Assembly (NCBI GenBank): GCA_025060615.1
Contig: JANXBS010000002.1
Coordinates: forward strand, 65,244 to 129,243
DNA: 64,000 nucleotides
From: Anaerolineae bacterium
GTDB taxonomy: Bacteria; Chloroflexota; Anaerolineae; DUEN01
Direction: 5' to 3'
Part shown: piece by piece, positions 16,284-27,845 of the stretch
How the letters are laid out: each line of letters begins with the position of its first letter
Position numbering within the stretch: position 1 is the stretch's first letter
The notes under the pieces: generated by a model
Databases searched by the model: none
Seen by the model: only the letters and a program-made list of their open reading frames with translations
What the model was told of the DNA's origin: nothing
Made by a program: the position numbers and the translations under genes

Positions 16284-19229
16284 ATGACGCAATCCTCGGC
16301 ACCGGTCACCGCTAGCATCGCAGAGCCCCTCCGCCCATCTCAACAGCCTCTCCCCGACCTCAGGCGAGGTCCGATCTCCCGCGGCCGCGTGTGGACCCGT
16401 CTGCCAGGGCTGCTGATAGGGCTGGCCGATCTTGCGCTCAAACGGCTGTGGCATCACCCTGGCCTGGCGCTGTTGGAGCTGTTCGGCGTCACCCTAGCCA
16501 TCGGTCTAGTTACCAGCGCCGGTTTCTTCGCCCAGGCCGTAGATGCGGTGATGCTCCGCCAAGAGCTGGATGAGCTCAGTCAGATGACGGGAAGGCCGGC
16601 GTTTTCTACCCGTGTGTATTTCTTCCCCTCGCCGCGCAAGCCCATGCCTTTGGAGGTCGCTGAGCAGACAGGGCATCATGTAGCGGACACCCTTTCCTCA
16701 GAGATAGGACTGCCTCTGAAGCATACGGGGCTGCAGGTGGAAAGTGGTAGTCTGATGTTGATGACCCAACCTAATGACCTCCGCTGGGCTGGGGAACGAA
16801 GGCATTTGGGCAGCGTCAACCTGGTTTACATTGCCGGGATCCGCGATCACATGGAGATCGTGGCTGGCGATCCGCTTGACGAGGTAGCGTCTGGCGAGGC
16901 CCTCGACGTGTGGATGCACGCTTACTTCGCTGAGAAAATGGGAGTCCACGTCGGCGAGAGGTTCGAGGTGGCTGTTACACTGAACGATATCCCCATCCTC
17001 GTGCAGATCAAAGGGATCTGGCGAGCGCGTAACCCCAAGGATCCCTATTGGTTTAACAACCCTGACATGGGATTGCGCGAGTCGCTGCTAGTCCGCCGTC
17101 AGGACTATATCGCTCGCGTGCAGCCAACCATTCCATCCGGCACCCGCTTTGTTGCCTGGCACATCATCCTAGACGAGCGTCAAGTCCTACCGGATAAAGC
17201 CCGCCAGTATGCTGCAGGGCTTCAACGTGGTCTGGCTGTCATCAACAAGTATTTGCCAGATGCCAGGCTCGATATGTCGCCATTAGGGCCGCTGGAGACC
17301 TTCGTACAACGCCAGACCACCCTTACGACGACCATTCTGGCCTTTAACGTGCCCGCGTTCGGCTTCCTGCTGTACTTCTTGGTCTTGACCTCAGCGATCG
17401 TCGCCCGTTGGCAACGGCGAGAGACGGCGATCCTGGTTAGCCGCGGCATGGGTGCGTCCGGCGTCCTGGGCCTCACGCTAGTGGAAGAGGTGCTTTTGTG
17501 CCTCGTAGGCCTTCCGCTGGGCATTGGGTTAGGCCTGGGGATCGCCCGTCTGATGGGATACGCTGATAGCTTCCTTTCGTTTACGGGTGCGCGCCCGCCA
17601 TTGCCCGTCTCTTTGCATGGGATGAACCTTGTGCTGATCTTGAGCGCGCTGGGGGTGGCGTTGGCCTCTCGGCTGGGGCCGGCCATCGCCGCTGCACGCC
17701 AAAGCGTGGTCGAGCAAGAGCGAGAGCACGCTCGGCCGCTGCGCAACCCCTTCTGGCATCGGTACTACCTGGATGTCCTGTTGGTCCTGCCAACCGTGTA
17801 TGCTTATCAGCAGTTGTTGGACAAGGGAACGTTGGCCCTGCTGGTACGGGACCGACCTGAGGACCTATACCGCGATCCACTGCTGATCTTAGTGCCGGCG
17901 TTATTCATTCTGACAGCGGCGCTAATAAGCATGCGTCTCTTCCCGCTGGTCATGTGGCTGATGGACCGCCTGGCGAGCGTGGCTCCCTGGATCGTGCCGC
18001 ACTTGGCGCTGCGCCAGCTCGGCCGACAAAGCCAAAGTTATGCTAATCCCTTGCTATTGGTGATCACTTCGCTGGCTCTGGGGATTTACACCCTCTCGAT
18101 GGCGGCCAGCCTGGACCAGTGGCTAGTAGATCGCATGTATTACCGCGTAGGGGCTGATGTGGTCTTTGAGCCGGCTCCGCTGCGGAGAGATGATGGGCCG
18201 ACGGAACCAGCAGCAGGTGCAGATTGGATCCCGCTCCCGAGCGAGTTCCTGGACTTGCCAGGAGTCCAAGCAGTAACGCGAGTGGGGGATTACCCGGCAG
18301 AGATCCAGGTGGGCAACGGCAACAGTATTCGAGGCCGTTTCCTGGCCATTGACCGCCTAGACTTCCCTAAGGTTGCCTGGTTTCGGGATGACCTGGCCGA
18401 TGAGCCGTTGGGTGGGCTAATGAACCGTCTGGCTACCTCGTCGGAAAACCTGTTGGTCTCTGAACAATTCCTGCGCCAGCGCCATTTGCAGATCGGCGAT
18501 CGGCTGACGATCAGGGTAAAGCTGGACGAGCTGACGAAGGTCTCTTCGACTTTCGTCATCGCGGGCACGTATCGCTACTTTCCCACTGTATACGAGGACC
18601 AGGTAGCAGTGATCGGCAATCTAGAGCACCTCTTCTCGTTCTTCGGTGCCACCTTCCCCCATCAAATCTGGCTACGCGTGGCGGAGGGCACGGACGGCAA
18701 GGCCACCCTCGCCGCGGTGCCCCGAAAAGGTGTGGAAGCCACGCGGCCGGAGGATGCACGAGTGCTGATTGCCGAGGAGCAAGCCAAGATGGAACGGGTG
18801 GGCATCTTCGGCACGCTGTCTATTGGCTTTCTGGCGGCAGCTATTATGGCGGCGTTGGGATTGCTCCTTCACAGCTATGCCTCGCTCCGGGAGCGGCTGT
18901 ACCGTTTCGCAGTATTGCGGTCCATCGGCCTGTTGCGGCGTCAGATCGTCGGACAGGTGATTCTGGAGTACAGCGTGCTGACGGCTTACAGCGCCGTGGC
19001 GGCTATCGTGATCGGCGCTTTCGCCTCCCAACTCTTCATCCCGTTCTTCCGGATCACCGGCGAGCGAGGAGTCCCGCTGCCTCCTCTGCTGCCGGTGATC
19101 GCCCAGGACCGGATCGTGCCGTTGGCCATCGCCTTCGCCGGCTTCATGATCTTGATGGAGCTGGCCGTGGTCGCCATGGCGCTTTATCGCCGGCTGTTTG
19201 AGGCGGTCCGCATGGGAGATCAGGGATAG
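16284..19229 (+). CDS. Large FtsX-like ABC transporter permease (double FtsX/MacB-type domain), no adjacent ATPase
   Basis: 981 aa. N-terminal TM followed by a large extracytoplasmic domain and TM bundle, repeated. Matches DUF214/FtsX permease architecture. Confidence 0.65.
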   Translation: MTQSSAPVTASIAEPLRPSQQPLPDLRRGPISRGRVWTRLPGLLIGLADLALKRLWHHPGLALLELFGVTLAIGLVTSAGFFAQAVDAVMLRQELDELSQMTGRPAFSTRVYFFPSPRKPMPLEVAEQTGHHVADTLSSEIGLPLKHTGLQVESGSLMLMTQPNDLRWAGERRHLGSVNLVYIAGIRDHMEIVAGDPLDEVASGEALDVWMHAYFAEKMGVHVGERFEVAVTLNDIPILVQIKGIWRARNPKDPYWFNNPDMGLRESLLVRRQDYIARVQPTIPSGTRFVAWHIILDERQVLPDKARQYAAGLQRGLAVINKYLPDARLDMSPLGPLETFVQRQTTLTTTILAFNVPAFGFLLYFLVLTSAIVARWQRRETAILVSRGMGASGVLGLTLVEEVLLCLVGLPLGIGLGLGIARLMGYADSFLSFTGARPPLPVSLHGMNLVLILSALGVALASRLGPAIAAARQSVVEQEREHARPLRNPFWHRYYLDVLLVLPTVYAYQQLLDKGTLALLVRDRPEDLYRDPLLILVPALFILTAALISMRLFPLVMWLMDRLASVAPWIVPHLALRQLGRQSQSYANPLLLVITSLALGIYTLSMAASLDQWLVDRMYYRVGADVVFEPAPLRRDDGPTEPAAGADWIPLPSEFLDLPGVQAVTRVGDYPAEIQVGNGNSIRGRFLAIDRLDFPKVAWFRDDLADEPLGGLMNRLATSSENLLVSEQFLRQRHLQIGDRLTIRVKLDELTKVSSTFVIAGTYRYFPTVYEDQVAVIGNLEHLFSFFGATFPHQIWLRVAEGTDGKATLAAVPRKGVEATRPEDARVLIAEEQAKMERVGIFGTLSIGFLAAAIMAALGLLLHSYASLRERLYRFAVLRSIGLLRRQIVGQVILEYSVLTAYSAVAAIVIGAFASQLFIPFFRITGERGVPLPPLLPVIAQDRIVPLAIAFAGFMILMELAVVAMALYRRLFEAVRMGDQG

Positions 19230-19234
19230 CAGGT

Positions 19235-20314
19235 TTACCTACCGACGCACCACCGCTCTAGACGCTTGAGCATTGTCTCAGCGGCCTCACGCGAGGGCAC
19301 TCCTTCTACCGATAGGAAAAGCCCGTGTGGATCGAGGGTCTCCATCACCAGATTCAGCTCGCTGATGTGACAGAACACCTCGATAGCTTTGCCGGCGGCC
19401 TGGGCTTTGCGGTAAACAGGAATCCACTTATGAAATCCCTCGTTGCCTGCCCCCGGTACGAACTGGAGAGCATCTAGCTCGGGAATGGAAAGGATCGACT
19501 CCAGATGGTGGAGCGCACCTGGCCCGTCTAGATGGTAGATCGAACGATCTAGGAATCGGCACTCTTCGACGATCCAAGGCAGGAATACCTCGTCGAACAA
19601 TTGTTTGCTGATCATGATGGAGAAGTCGTTCGAAGGGACGTAGTATTTGCCGTCGCAGACGAGAGGCAGCCAAGTAGAGATAGGTTGGCCGGCAGCGCGC
19701 AACTTCTCATAAAACAGGTCATAGAGCCGGAAATAGTCGGCCTCCACGCGAGCCAACAACGCTTTCACCTCTTCCTTATGGGTAAGCAAGTCCACAGCCA
19801 AGTTCTGTGGGTCTCGAAAGGCGGCAATGGCATCGCCTCCTGGATGCCAATCGGTCATCCCAACGATGAATTTACCCCGGCCGATCTCCAGCAGCGCATC
19901 TGTCATCTCATGCAGCTTCTTCAAGTAGGGGCTGTCCCAGTCGAGCCGGAGCTCATCTGCCTGGCTCCAGTCGTGGAGGATGGGCTCGCTCCAACTGGTG
20001 CCATAGTCGCCGAAGTGAAGCGGGCAGCCATAAAGGGCGGAAAAGACCTCTGGCCCCAGGTTAGGCCAGGCCACAGGCATGGTATCACCCAGAAACTCGT
20101 GATTGGAGAGGGTGGCCAACGCCAATTCGGCCTGATACTGGGCATCAAGCCAGCGGTCAGCAGACGTGGCATGGTGGGACGGAGGTAAGGGCACCTGTTC
20201 TTCTGGAGGCTTGGGCAGCGTAAATTGAACAACGGGACGATCTATCAGCTCACGCTCCCAGAAGGCGTCGATGCGGCGCTTAGATTGTTCGTAGTCGGGC
20301 TTGAATTCGAACAT
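19235..20314 (-). CDS. Uroporphyrinogen-decarboxylase (URO-D)-like family protein
   Basis: About 360 aa from MFEFKPDYEQSKRRIDAFWERELIDRPVV. Length and N-terminal pattern fit the URO-D/MtaA-like family. The ORF track start (20395) adds an Arg/Cys-rich leader that is probably not translated. A GGGGGGA RBS precedes the Met at 20314. Confidence 0.4.
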   Translation of the reverse strand: MFEFKPDYEQSKRRIDAFWERELIDRPVVQFTLPKPPEEQVPLPPSHHATSADRWLDAQYQAELALATLSNHEFLGDTMPVAWPNLGPEVFSALYGCPLHFGDYGTSWSEPILHDWSQADELRLDWDSPYLKKLHEMTDALLEIGRGKFIVGMTDWHPGGDAIAAFRDPQNLAVDLLTHKEEVKALLARVEADYFRLYDLFYEKLRAAGQPISTWLPLVCDGKYYVPSNDFSIMISKQLFDEVFLPWIVEECRFLDRSIYHLDGPGALHHLESILSIPELDALQFVPGAGNEGFHKWIPVYRKAQAAGKAIEVFCHISELNLVMETLDPHGLFLSVEGVPSREAAETMLKRLERWCVGR

Positions 20315-20498
20315 AGGAAGTCCCCCCATATGGGATGCTTTGCATCGCCGGCCCCCCGGCGGTCTCCGGCATTTGCGCACTAGAGATTGTACCATGCAGC
20401 TCTATCCAGGGCGAGCCCGATGGGAAAATAGTCATTTATGCGTTATACTTATGATGGAGCCGTGCAACTATGTCGTCGGCTTGAGCGAGGAGGAGCGT

Positions 20499-21683
20499 AT
20501 GCGGATCGGTTTGCTCACGGATATCTACAAGCCCATGTTAAACGGCGTCACCAACTTCGTCAGCCTGCACAAGCGAGAGCTGGAACGTTTGGGCCATGAG
20601 GTATGGGTATTCACGCCAGGAAACACAGATTACCAAGACGATGAGCCGCGGGTTGTGCGCTCTAAAGCGATTCCCCTTTCCGACACAGGGTATTACATCA
20701 ACCTGGGCTATGACCGCAAGACCAGGCAGCTTCTCCAGGAAATGGACATCTTGCACGCTCAGCATCCGTTCCTAAGTGGCATCATCGCGATCGCGATCGG
20801 CCGACGCTACGGCATCCCTGTGGTGTTCACCAACCACACCCGCTATGATCTATATGCTCAGCATTACCTGCCGTTGATCCCTCCCTCCCTCTCTGAGACT
20901 TTCCTGGAGGCCTTCTTCCCGCCCTTCACACAGCGATGCGACCTGGTCATTGCCCCCTCCCGTGGCATTTATGAGCTGCTTTTGACCTGGGGTGCCGCTT
21001 GCCGTATCGAGATCGTTCCCAACGGCATTGATGTGGAAGCATTCCGCACCCCTCGCATCCGCATCACGCGCGCCGAGGTCGGCATCCCGGACGAAGCGCG
21101 CGTGGCCATCTACGTGGGACGTATGTCGGGCGAGAAGCGCATCGCAGCGCTCCTGCGGGCCTTCGCGCCGGTTGCTGAGGAAGTGCGCGATGCCCATTTG
21201 TTGTTGGTCGGAGGAGGGCCTGAGCTAGAGGATTACCGTGAGCTGGCAGATGAGCTGGGGATTCGCGCGCGCACGCACTTCACTGGCTGCGTTCCTTACG
21301 AGAAGATCCCGGGCTATCTGGCCCTAGCCGATTTCTTCGCGACCGCTTCAATGAGCGAGGTTCACCCGCTCACGGTCCTGGAGGCGATGGCCGCCGGCCT
21401 GCCCGTGCTAGGGATCCGCTCGCCCGGAATTGCTGATACCGTGGAGCATGAATACAACGGCCTGTTGTCATCGGAAGATCAGGCCGCCTTTGCCCTGAAG
21501 ATGGCCCGGCTGTTCCAGGATGATGCCCTGCGCCAACGGCTGGCCGAAGGAGCTCGTCTCACCAGCCAGCGCTATTCTATCGTGAACACCACACAGCGCC
21601 ATCTAGAGTTATACCAGGAGCTGATAGAGACTAAACGTTCCAAGCGCTTGGCGACTCGCTTGTCCAGGCAGCTACCTGTGTAG
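20499..21683 (+). CDS. Glycosyltransferase family 4 (GT-B)
   Basis: Start MRIGLLTDIYKPMLNGVTNFV with a strong RBS GAGGAGGAG. C-terminal GT4 signature region (EVHPLTVLEAMAAGLPVLGIRSPGIADTVEH). The ORF track start (20301) is an upstream extension. Confidence 0.8.
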   Translation: MRIGLLTDIYKPMLNGVTNFVSLHKRELERLGHEVWVFTPGNTDYQDDEPRVVRSKAIPLSDTGYYINLGYDRKTRQLLQEMDILHAQHPFLSGIIAIAIGRRYGIPVVFTNHTRYDLYAQHYLPLIPPSLSETFLEAFFPPFTQRCDLVIAPSRGIYELLLTWGAACRIEIVPNGIDVEAFRTPRIRITRAEVGIPDEARVAIYVGRMSGEKRIAALLRAFAPVAEEVRDAHLLLVGGGPELEDYRELADELGIRARTHFTGCVPYEKIPGYLALADFFATASMSEVHPLTVLEAMAAGLPVLGIRSPGIADTVEHEYNGLLSSEDQAAFALKMARLFQDDALRQRLAEGARLTSQRYSIVNTTQRHLELYQELIETKRSKRLATRLSRQLPV

Positions 21684-21781
21684 CGATAGGTGGCACCTCT
21701 TAGCTGATGACCACCGAAAGCCGATCGCTTCTAGCCTCCGACTGACTGTTCACGAGGATGCTCACGAAGTGTGGCAAGGGG

Positions 21782-21798
21782 GCCCATCCTGGGCTTTT
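21782..21798 (+). terminator. Weak intrinsic terminator after the GT4 gene
   Basis: GCCCA-tcc-TGGGC followed by TTTTCGGG. Confidence 0.3.
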
Positions 21799-21912
21799 CG
21801 GGCACTCGCTCAGGGGATCTCGCAAAGACACTTCTGGGCGAGAGAGATCGACATAGAAGCCCCAAGCCCCCTCAGGGAGCTCATTGCCCTTTTGCCGGCC
21901 ACGAAGAGCCTG

Positions 21913-23247
21913 TCAGAGCATGAGTAGCGCCTGGGCGCGAATGTTCTCCAGCCGTCTGGCCATGTCCTCTTGCCCCTGTGCACGCAGTCCCTCGGCCATC
22001 ACCCGCATGGACTCGACCAGATCCTGGTCCAGCTCGCTCCGGTTTTCCATGAGCAGTTGACGCGTGCGCTCGGGATATTCTTCCCGCAACAGACGGTTGA
22101 TCAGGCGTAAATCAGAAGGCAAATCTTCCTCCAGAATCTCCAACGCCATCTTCCAAATCTCCGTTAGACGGCGTGCGGCGGCCACCGCGCCCTGGCGCTG
22201 AGCCGCCTCGATATTAGCCATCAACACCGCTAGGAAGGGCTCCCCGATCTCCGCCTTGCGCGCTCGTAGGACCACTGCTGGGTTCTCGCTTTCCAGGACA
22301 GCCCTAAGCAGTTGGGTGGCCTCCTCCATAACGGCCCGCGTGGCCTCATCTTGTTGGCGCTGCAGCTCTAGCACGCGATCACGCAGCGCGCGCAGCCGTT
22401 GCGCCTCAGCGTGGTCCTTATGTTTTTCGGACTGCTCAATCCGCTGTGAGAGCAACAGGAAGAAGGGATAATCCATCAGCGGCCTCGCCACAGCTACCAA
22501 TGCTTCGATGGCAGCATCCTCCTTGGCTTTGATCAAGCGCTCCAGGATCTCCTCACGAGTGGTGTGTTTATTCAGGCCAGCCAGGATCTCCTGTTGCGCC
22601 CGGATCTTACGGCCTAGGCTGCTCATCCCCATCAACGTCTGAATAAATGCCGTGAGCTGCTGCGCAGCACGCTCATCGCCCTCGGCAGCCATGCTCTCAG
22701 TTAGCGTAGCGGCCAGCTCGAAAAATTCCTCGTCAAGCTTCTCATCATGCTCGGCGACGAGTGCGCGCAGACGTTCGGGGTTGGCCGCTGCTTGCATGAG
22801 CTGCTGGAGCAGGTTCAGTCGCTGGCGCTGGGCTTCCATCATCTCACGGGTGATCCCATCGGCCTGCAGAATGGCCTCCATCATGCTCTGCAATGTCAGG
22901 AACTGCCGCGGCTGGAGTAGATAAGCCTTGCGCTGTTCAGGGGGCAGACGGGTCATCAGGAGGTTGGTCAGATCGCCGATGCGCTTTTGTCGCTCCGGCT
23001 CTGACAGGTTCGCCTGGGCGGGCACGAAGACGCCCACAAATTCCTTGGCCGGGTCGTGGTAGAGCAAAGGCGTGGCCAGCGAGATGGACATCCCACACGA
23101 GGGGCAGGCGGCGGAGTTCAGCCGGCCGGTCAGAAACAATTGCTTCAACGCTGGCTCCTGGCCCACATCAATGATGTTATGGACCTCCGTCACAAAGGAG
23201 GCGCCGCAACCGGGGCAACGAACCTGGATCCTCTGTTTCGCAAACAT
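21913..23247 (-). CDS. CpXC-domain protein with long C-terminal coiled-coil region
   Basis: N-terminal CPGCGASF...CPSCGM double CpXC zinc-ribbon-like motif. The rest is Glu/Arg/Leu/Ala-rich and predicted helical. Last gene of the repair operon. Confidence 0.5.
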   Translation of the reverse strand: MFAKQRIQVRCPGCGASFVTEVHNIIDVGQEPALKQLFLTGRLNSAACPSCGMSISLATPLLYHDPAKEFVGVFVPAQANLSEPERQKRIGDLTNLLMTRLPPEQRKAYLLQPRQFLTLQSMMEAILQADGITREMMEAQRQRLNLLQQLMQAAANPERLRALVAEHDEKLDEEFFELAATLTESMAAEGDERAAQQLTAFIQTLMGMSSLGRKIRAQQEILAGLNKHTTREEILERLIKAKEDAAIEALVAVARPLMDYPFFLLLSQRIEQSEKHKDHAEAQRLRALRDRVLELQRQQDEATRAVMEEATQLLRAVLESENPAVVLRARKAEIGEPFLAVLMANIEAAQRQGAVAAARRLTEIWKMALEILEEDLPSDLRLINRLLREEYPERTRQLLMENRSELDQDLVESMRVMAEGLRAQGQEDMARRLENIRAQALLML

Positions 23248-23263
23248 GCCCTATCCTTTCTCT

Positions 23264-24505
23264 TTACGATTCTGGTAGATCGAGCGCTTCCACCAGCTCG
23301 CGCAGGAACAGCTCAGCGTCGGTAACCATGCCTACTGCTTGAAACGTTCCTCGATCGGCCAGCTTAGTGACCGTAGCCGGGTTGATATCCACCACGACCA
23401 CCTTGACGTGGGCGGGCAACAGGTTGCCGGTGGCGATGGAGTGCAACATGGTAGCAACCATGATCGCCATCTCCACCCCTTCCAGCGCTTCCCGCATCCG
23501 CCGTTGCGCTTCCATCATGTCCGAGATCACCCCGGGCATGGGGCCATCGTCCCGGATGGAGCCGGCCAGCACCATCTGGACCTTATGTCGGATCGCCTCA
23601 TACATCACGCCAGAGCGCAACAGCCCGATCTCTACCGCCTTTTCCAGCGATCCCACGCGCCGGATGGCGTTGATGGCACGCATATGGTTGCGATGCCCAC
23701 CGGGCACCGGCAGCCCGCTTTTCAGGTCTATGCCCAGCGAGGTGCCATATAGCTGGGACTCTACGTCGTGCACGGCAATGGCGTTCCCACCGAAGAGCAC
23801 CTGCACGTACCCGTGGCGGATGAGGCGGGCCAGGTATTCGCCAGCGCCGCTGTGGATGATGGCCGGGCCGACCACAAAGAGGATCTTGCCGCCGGCCATC
23901 CGTATCTCGCGCATCACCTTGGCCACATTAGCGATGGCCAGGGCGTTCGGCCGCTCGGACGAGACAGCCGAGCGCATGAAACTGAACAACTCCTGTTCGC
24001 GCTCGCGCTCCATTGGGATTACGCGGATGCCTTCATGCCCGACGGCGATGAGTTCGCCAGCCTTAATGTCGGCGATGGGTTTGGTGTAAGCCTCACCTCG
24101 CTCGCGGTCTACCACGATCACCAAGTCCATCTCGATGCCCCGCACATCCACCCAGCGCCCGTTCAGCCGTACCTGCGTCGGCAGGTTAGTGGTGGAATAG
24201 AAATCCTCGGGGGCGGCGCCGTCTACAGGGGCCGGCTCGGTTCGAACATCTCCGCCATCCAGAATCTGCGCGCCCAGTCCCTGCAGCGTGTCCAGGATCT
24301 GGCGCATCTGCTGCTCGCTGTCCGCGAAGACGCGCAGCCGAGCGTGGCTGGGCTCCTGCTTGTGTCGGCCGACGCGGATCTCCTCTACATTGAAGTCGCC
24401 GCCTAAGTCCATGATGGCATCCATCACGCGTGGCAGGATCAGTGAATCAATGATATGACCGTTCAGGACGATCGTTTCCGAAAACGGATGATGATTGGGT
24501 GTCAT
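23264..24505 (-). CDS. TIGR00300/LOR-SDH family protein (archaeal-type ornithine cyclodeaminase-like)
   Basis: 413 aa. N-terminus ETIVLNGHIIDSLILPRVMDAIMDLGGDF and the overall length resemble the TIGR00300 family. The assignment is from recalled family features, not a search. Confidence 0.35.
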   Translation of the reverse strand: MTPNHHPFSETIVLNGHIIDSLILPRVMDAIMDLGGDFNVEEIRVGRHKQEPSHARLRVFADSEQQMRQILDTLQGLGAQILDGGDVRTEPAPVDGAAPEDFYSTTNLPTQVRLNGRWVDVRGIEMDLVIVVDRERGEAYTKPIADIKAGELIAVGHEGIRVIPMEREREQELFSFMRSAVSSERPNALAIANVAKVMREIRMAGGKILFVVGPAIIHSGAGEYLARLIRHGYVQVLFGGNAIAVHDVESQLYGTSLGIDLKSGLPVPGGHRNHMRAINAIRRVGSLEKAVEIGLLRSGVMYEAIRHKVQMVLAGSIRDDGPMPGVISDMMEAQRRMREALEGVEMAIMVATMLHSIATGNLLPAHVKVVVVDINPATVTKLADRGTFQAVGMVTDAELFLRELVEALDLPES

Positions 24506-24510
24506 AGCTG

Positions 24511-25104
24511 CTACGATGCCCCTTTCACTACCTCATCTACAGCGATCTCAAAGCCTGGCAGGAGCTGAGACCTTGCCTGCTCCCCTGGCTGAAAACGGCC
24601 TATCAACCGATAAGCCCCCTGTTCCAGAGCATAGACCTCGATCGTCTGGGCTTCAGGATCTACGATCCAATACTCAGTAACGCTAAACTGCTCATACAAA
24701 GCCTTTTTGTCAATGCGATCCTGTCTCCAACTCCCAGCCGACACCACCTCGATAATCAGATCAGGAACGCCTCGGATCTGATCCTGGATGATGGCGCGCT
24801 TGGCCTGAGACACATAAAGGATGTCTGGTTGAACGACCCGTCGCTCGGTCAAGACAACATCGAGCGGGGCAAAGTACACCCATCCCAAGTGGCGCCGCGA
24901 TACGAAGTCGCCTAGGGCACGGGCCAGGCGGGCGACGATTTCCTGGTGGAGAGGGGTCGGGGAAGGCGGCATCACCAGCTCTCCATCCCATAGCTCGGTC
25001 AGGCGATTTGTCTCAGGCAGTTCAGCGGCTAACTCCTCGTAGGTCCACAGCCGTTTTTTCTCAGCCGTTGGAACGCTCATCGAGGTTCCCTCCCCACCAA
25101 ACAT
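24511..25104 (-). CDS. Uma2-family (DUF820) PD-(D/E)xK endonuclease-like protein
   Basis: YEELAAELPETNRLTELWDGELVMPPSPTPLHQEIVARL...QPDILYV...VPDLIIEVVS...EYWIVDP has the typical Uma2 motif order (D...E-V-x-S). Possible alternative start at 25080. Confidence 0.7.
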   Translation of the reverse strand: MFGGEGTSMSVPTAEKKRLWTYEELAAELPETNRLTELWDGELVMPPSPTPLHQEIVARLARALGDFVSRRHLGWVYFAPLDVVLTERRVVQPDILYVSQAKRAIIQDQIRGVPDLIIEVVSAGSWRQDRIDKKALYEQFSVTEYWIVDPEAQTIEVYALEQGAYRLIGRFQPGEQARSQLLPGFEIAVDEVVKGAS

Positions 25105-25107
25105 GGC

Positions 25108-27147
<2,040 letters not shown>

Positions 27148-27182
27148 TCAACCCTCGTGTTGGCTACCCTACTAGGATGTCG

Positions 27183-27845
27183 TTATTGGGGCGATCGAGT
27201 CGGTGTGGGGTTGGCGGAAAGTGGCTCCAGCCACAACTGGACCTCGTCCCCTTGGGCCACCCAGCCGACCAAATCCGTCTCGGTGCGCACACGCCACCAC
27301 CGGTATCCGTCCGCGCTTACCGGATACTCGTTGACGTCCCCAGGCTTGGGCAGGATCTCCAGCACCGTACCATCCCTGACCACGGTCCGGATGGGATTGC
27401 CCCGACCCGGCCCGCTCCGGACGACGAGCCCTTCTGGGTTGCTGTTGACGACCATCGCTTTGACACCCGGGCCCAGGGTTGGCTTAGGTACGGGGGTGGG
27501 TGTAGGAGTAGGAGGGATCGGGGTAGGCGTGACGGCCATAGCTGTGGCGGTGGCGGCTTGAGCTAGCGCCGTCGCATCGGGAGTGGGGGTCCCTGGCGGC
27601 TCACCTTCGCCGAGGGCTGAGAACAATAGAGCGATAATGGCGACGACAGTCAAAGCGGCCACGCCCACTGCCCATAGCGGGATCTCTCGCCCCAGGCGGC
27701 GTTCGGCTGGCCGGCCGTAAACCGGGCGCGGCTCTGATGTGGCTTCTAGCTCGGTTTCCGGGCCCAAGTCCCTGCCCTCTGGGGTCTCCTCTTGTGGCTC
27801 CTCTTCCTCAGATTCCGACGAAGGAGAGCGGAGTTTGTCAGTCAT
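27183..27845 (-). CDS. Membrane-anchored SH3b-domain protein with Pro/Thr-rich linker
   Basis: Acidic N-terminal region, one TM (LWAVGVAALTVVAIIALLF), a PT-rich linker (TPTPIPPTPTPTPVPKPT), and a C-terminal SH3b-like segment (VVRSGPGRGNPIRTVVRDGTVLEIL...WWRVRTETDLVGWV). Start chosen at MTDKLRS (27845), giving an ATGA overlap with the PolX stop. Confidence 0.55.
   Translation of the reverse strand: MTDKLRSPSSESEEEEPQEETPEGRDLGPETELEATSEPRPVYGRPAERRLGREIPLWAVGVAALTVVAIIALLFSALGEGEPPGTPTPDATALAQAATATAMAVTPTPIPPTPTPTPVPKPTLGPGVKAMVVNSNPEGLVVRSGPGRGNPIRTVVRDGTVLEILPKPGDVNEYPVSADGYRWWRVRTETDLVGWVAQGDEVQLWLEPLSANPTPTRSPQ

Noticed and set aside
17222-17880. Minus-strand ORFs (174, 99 and 76 aa) inside the FtsX permease gene
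   Set aside because: Antisense, Arg/Pro-rich, and no RBS. The plus frame encodes a continuous membrane-protein architecture.
23367-24406. Long plus-strand ORFs (240 aa and 212 aa) antisense to the TIGR00300 gene
   Set aside because: Low-complexity Ser/Arg/Ala/Pro-rich translations with no domain-like pattern. They lie antisense to a gene with clear family-level conservation. This is typical open-frame noise in high-GC DNA.
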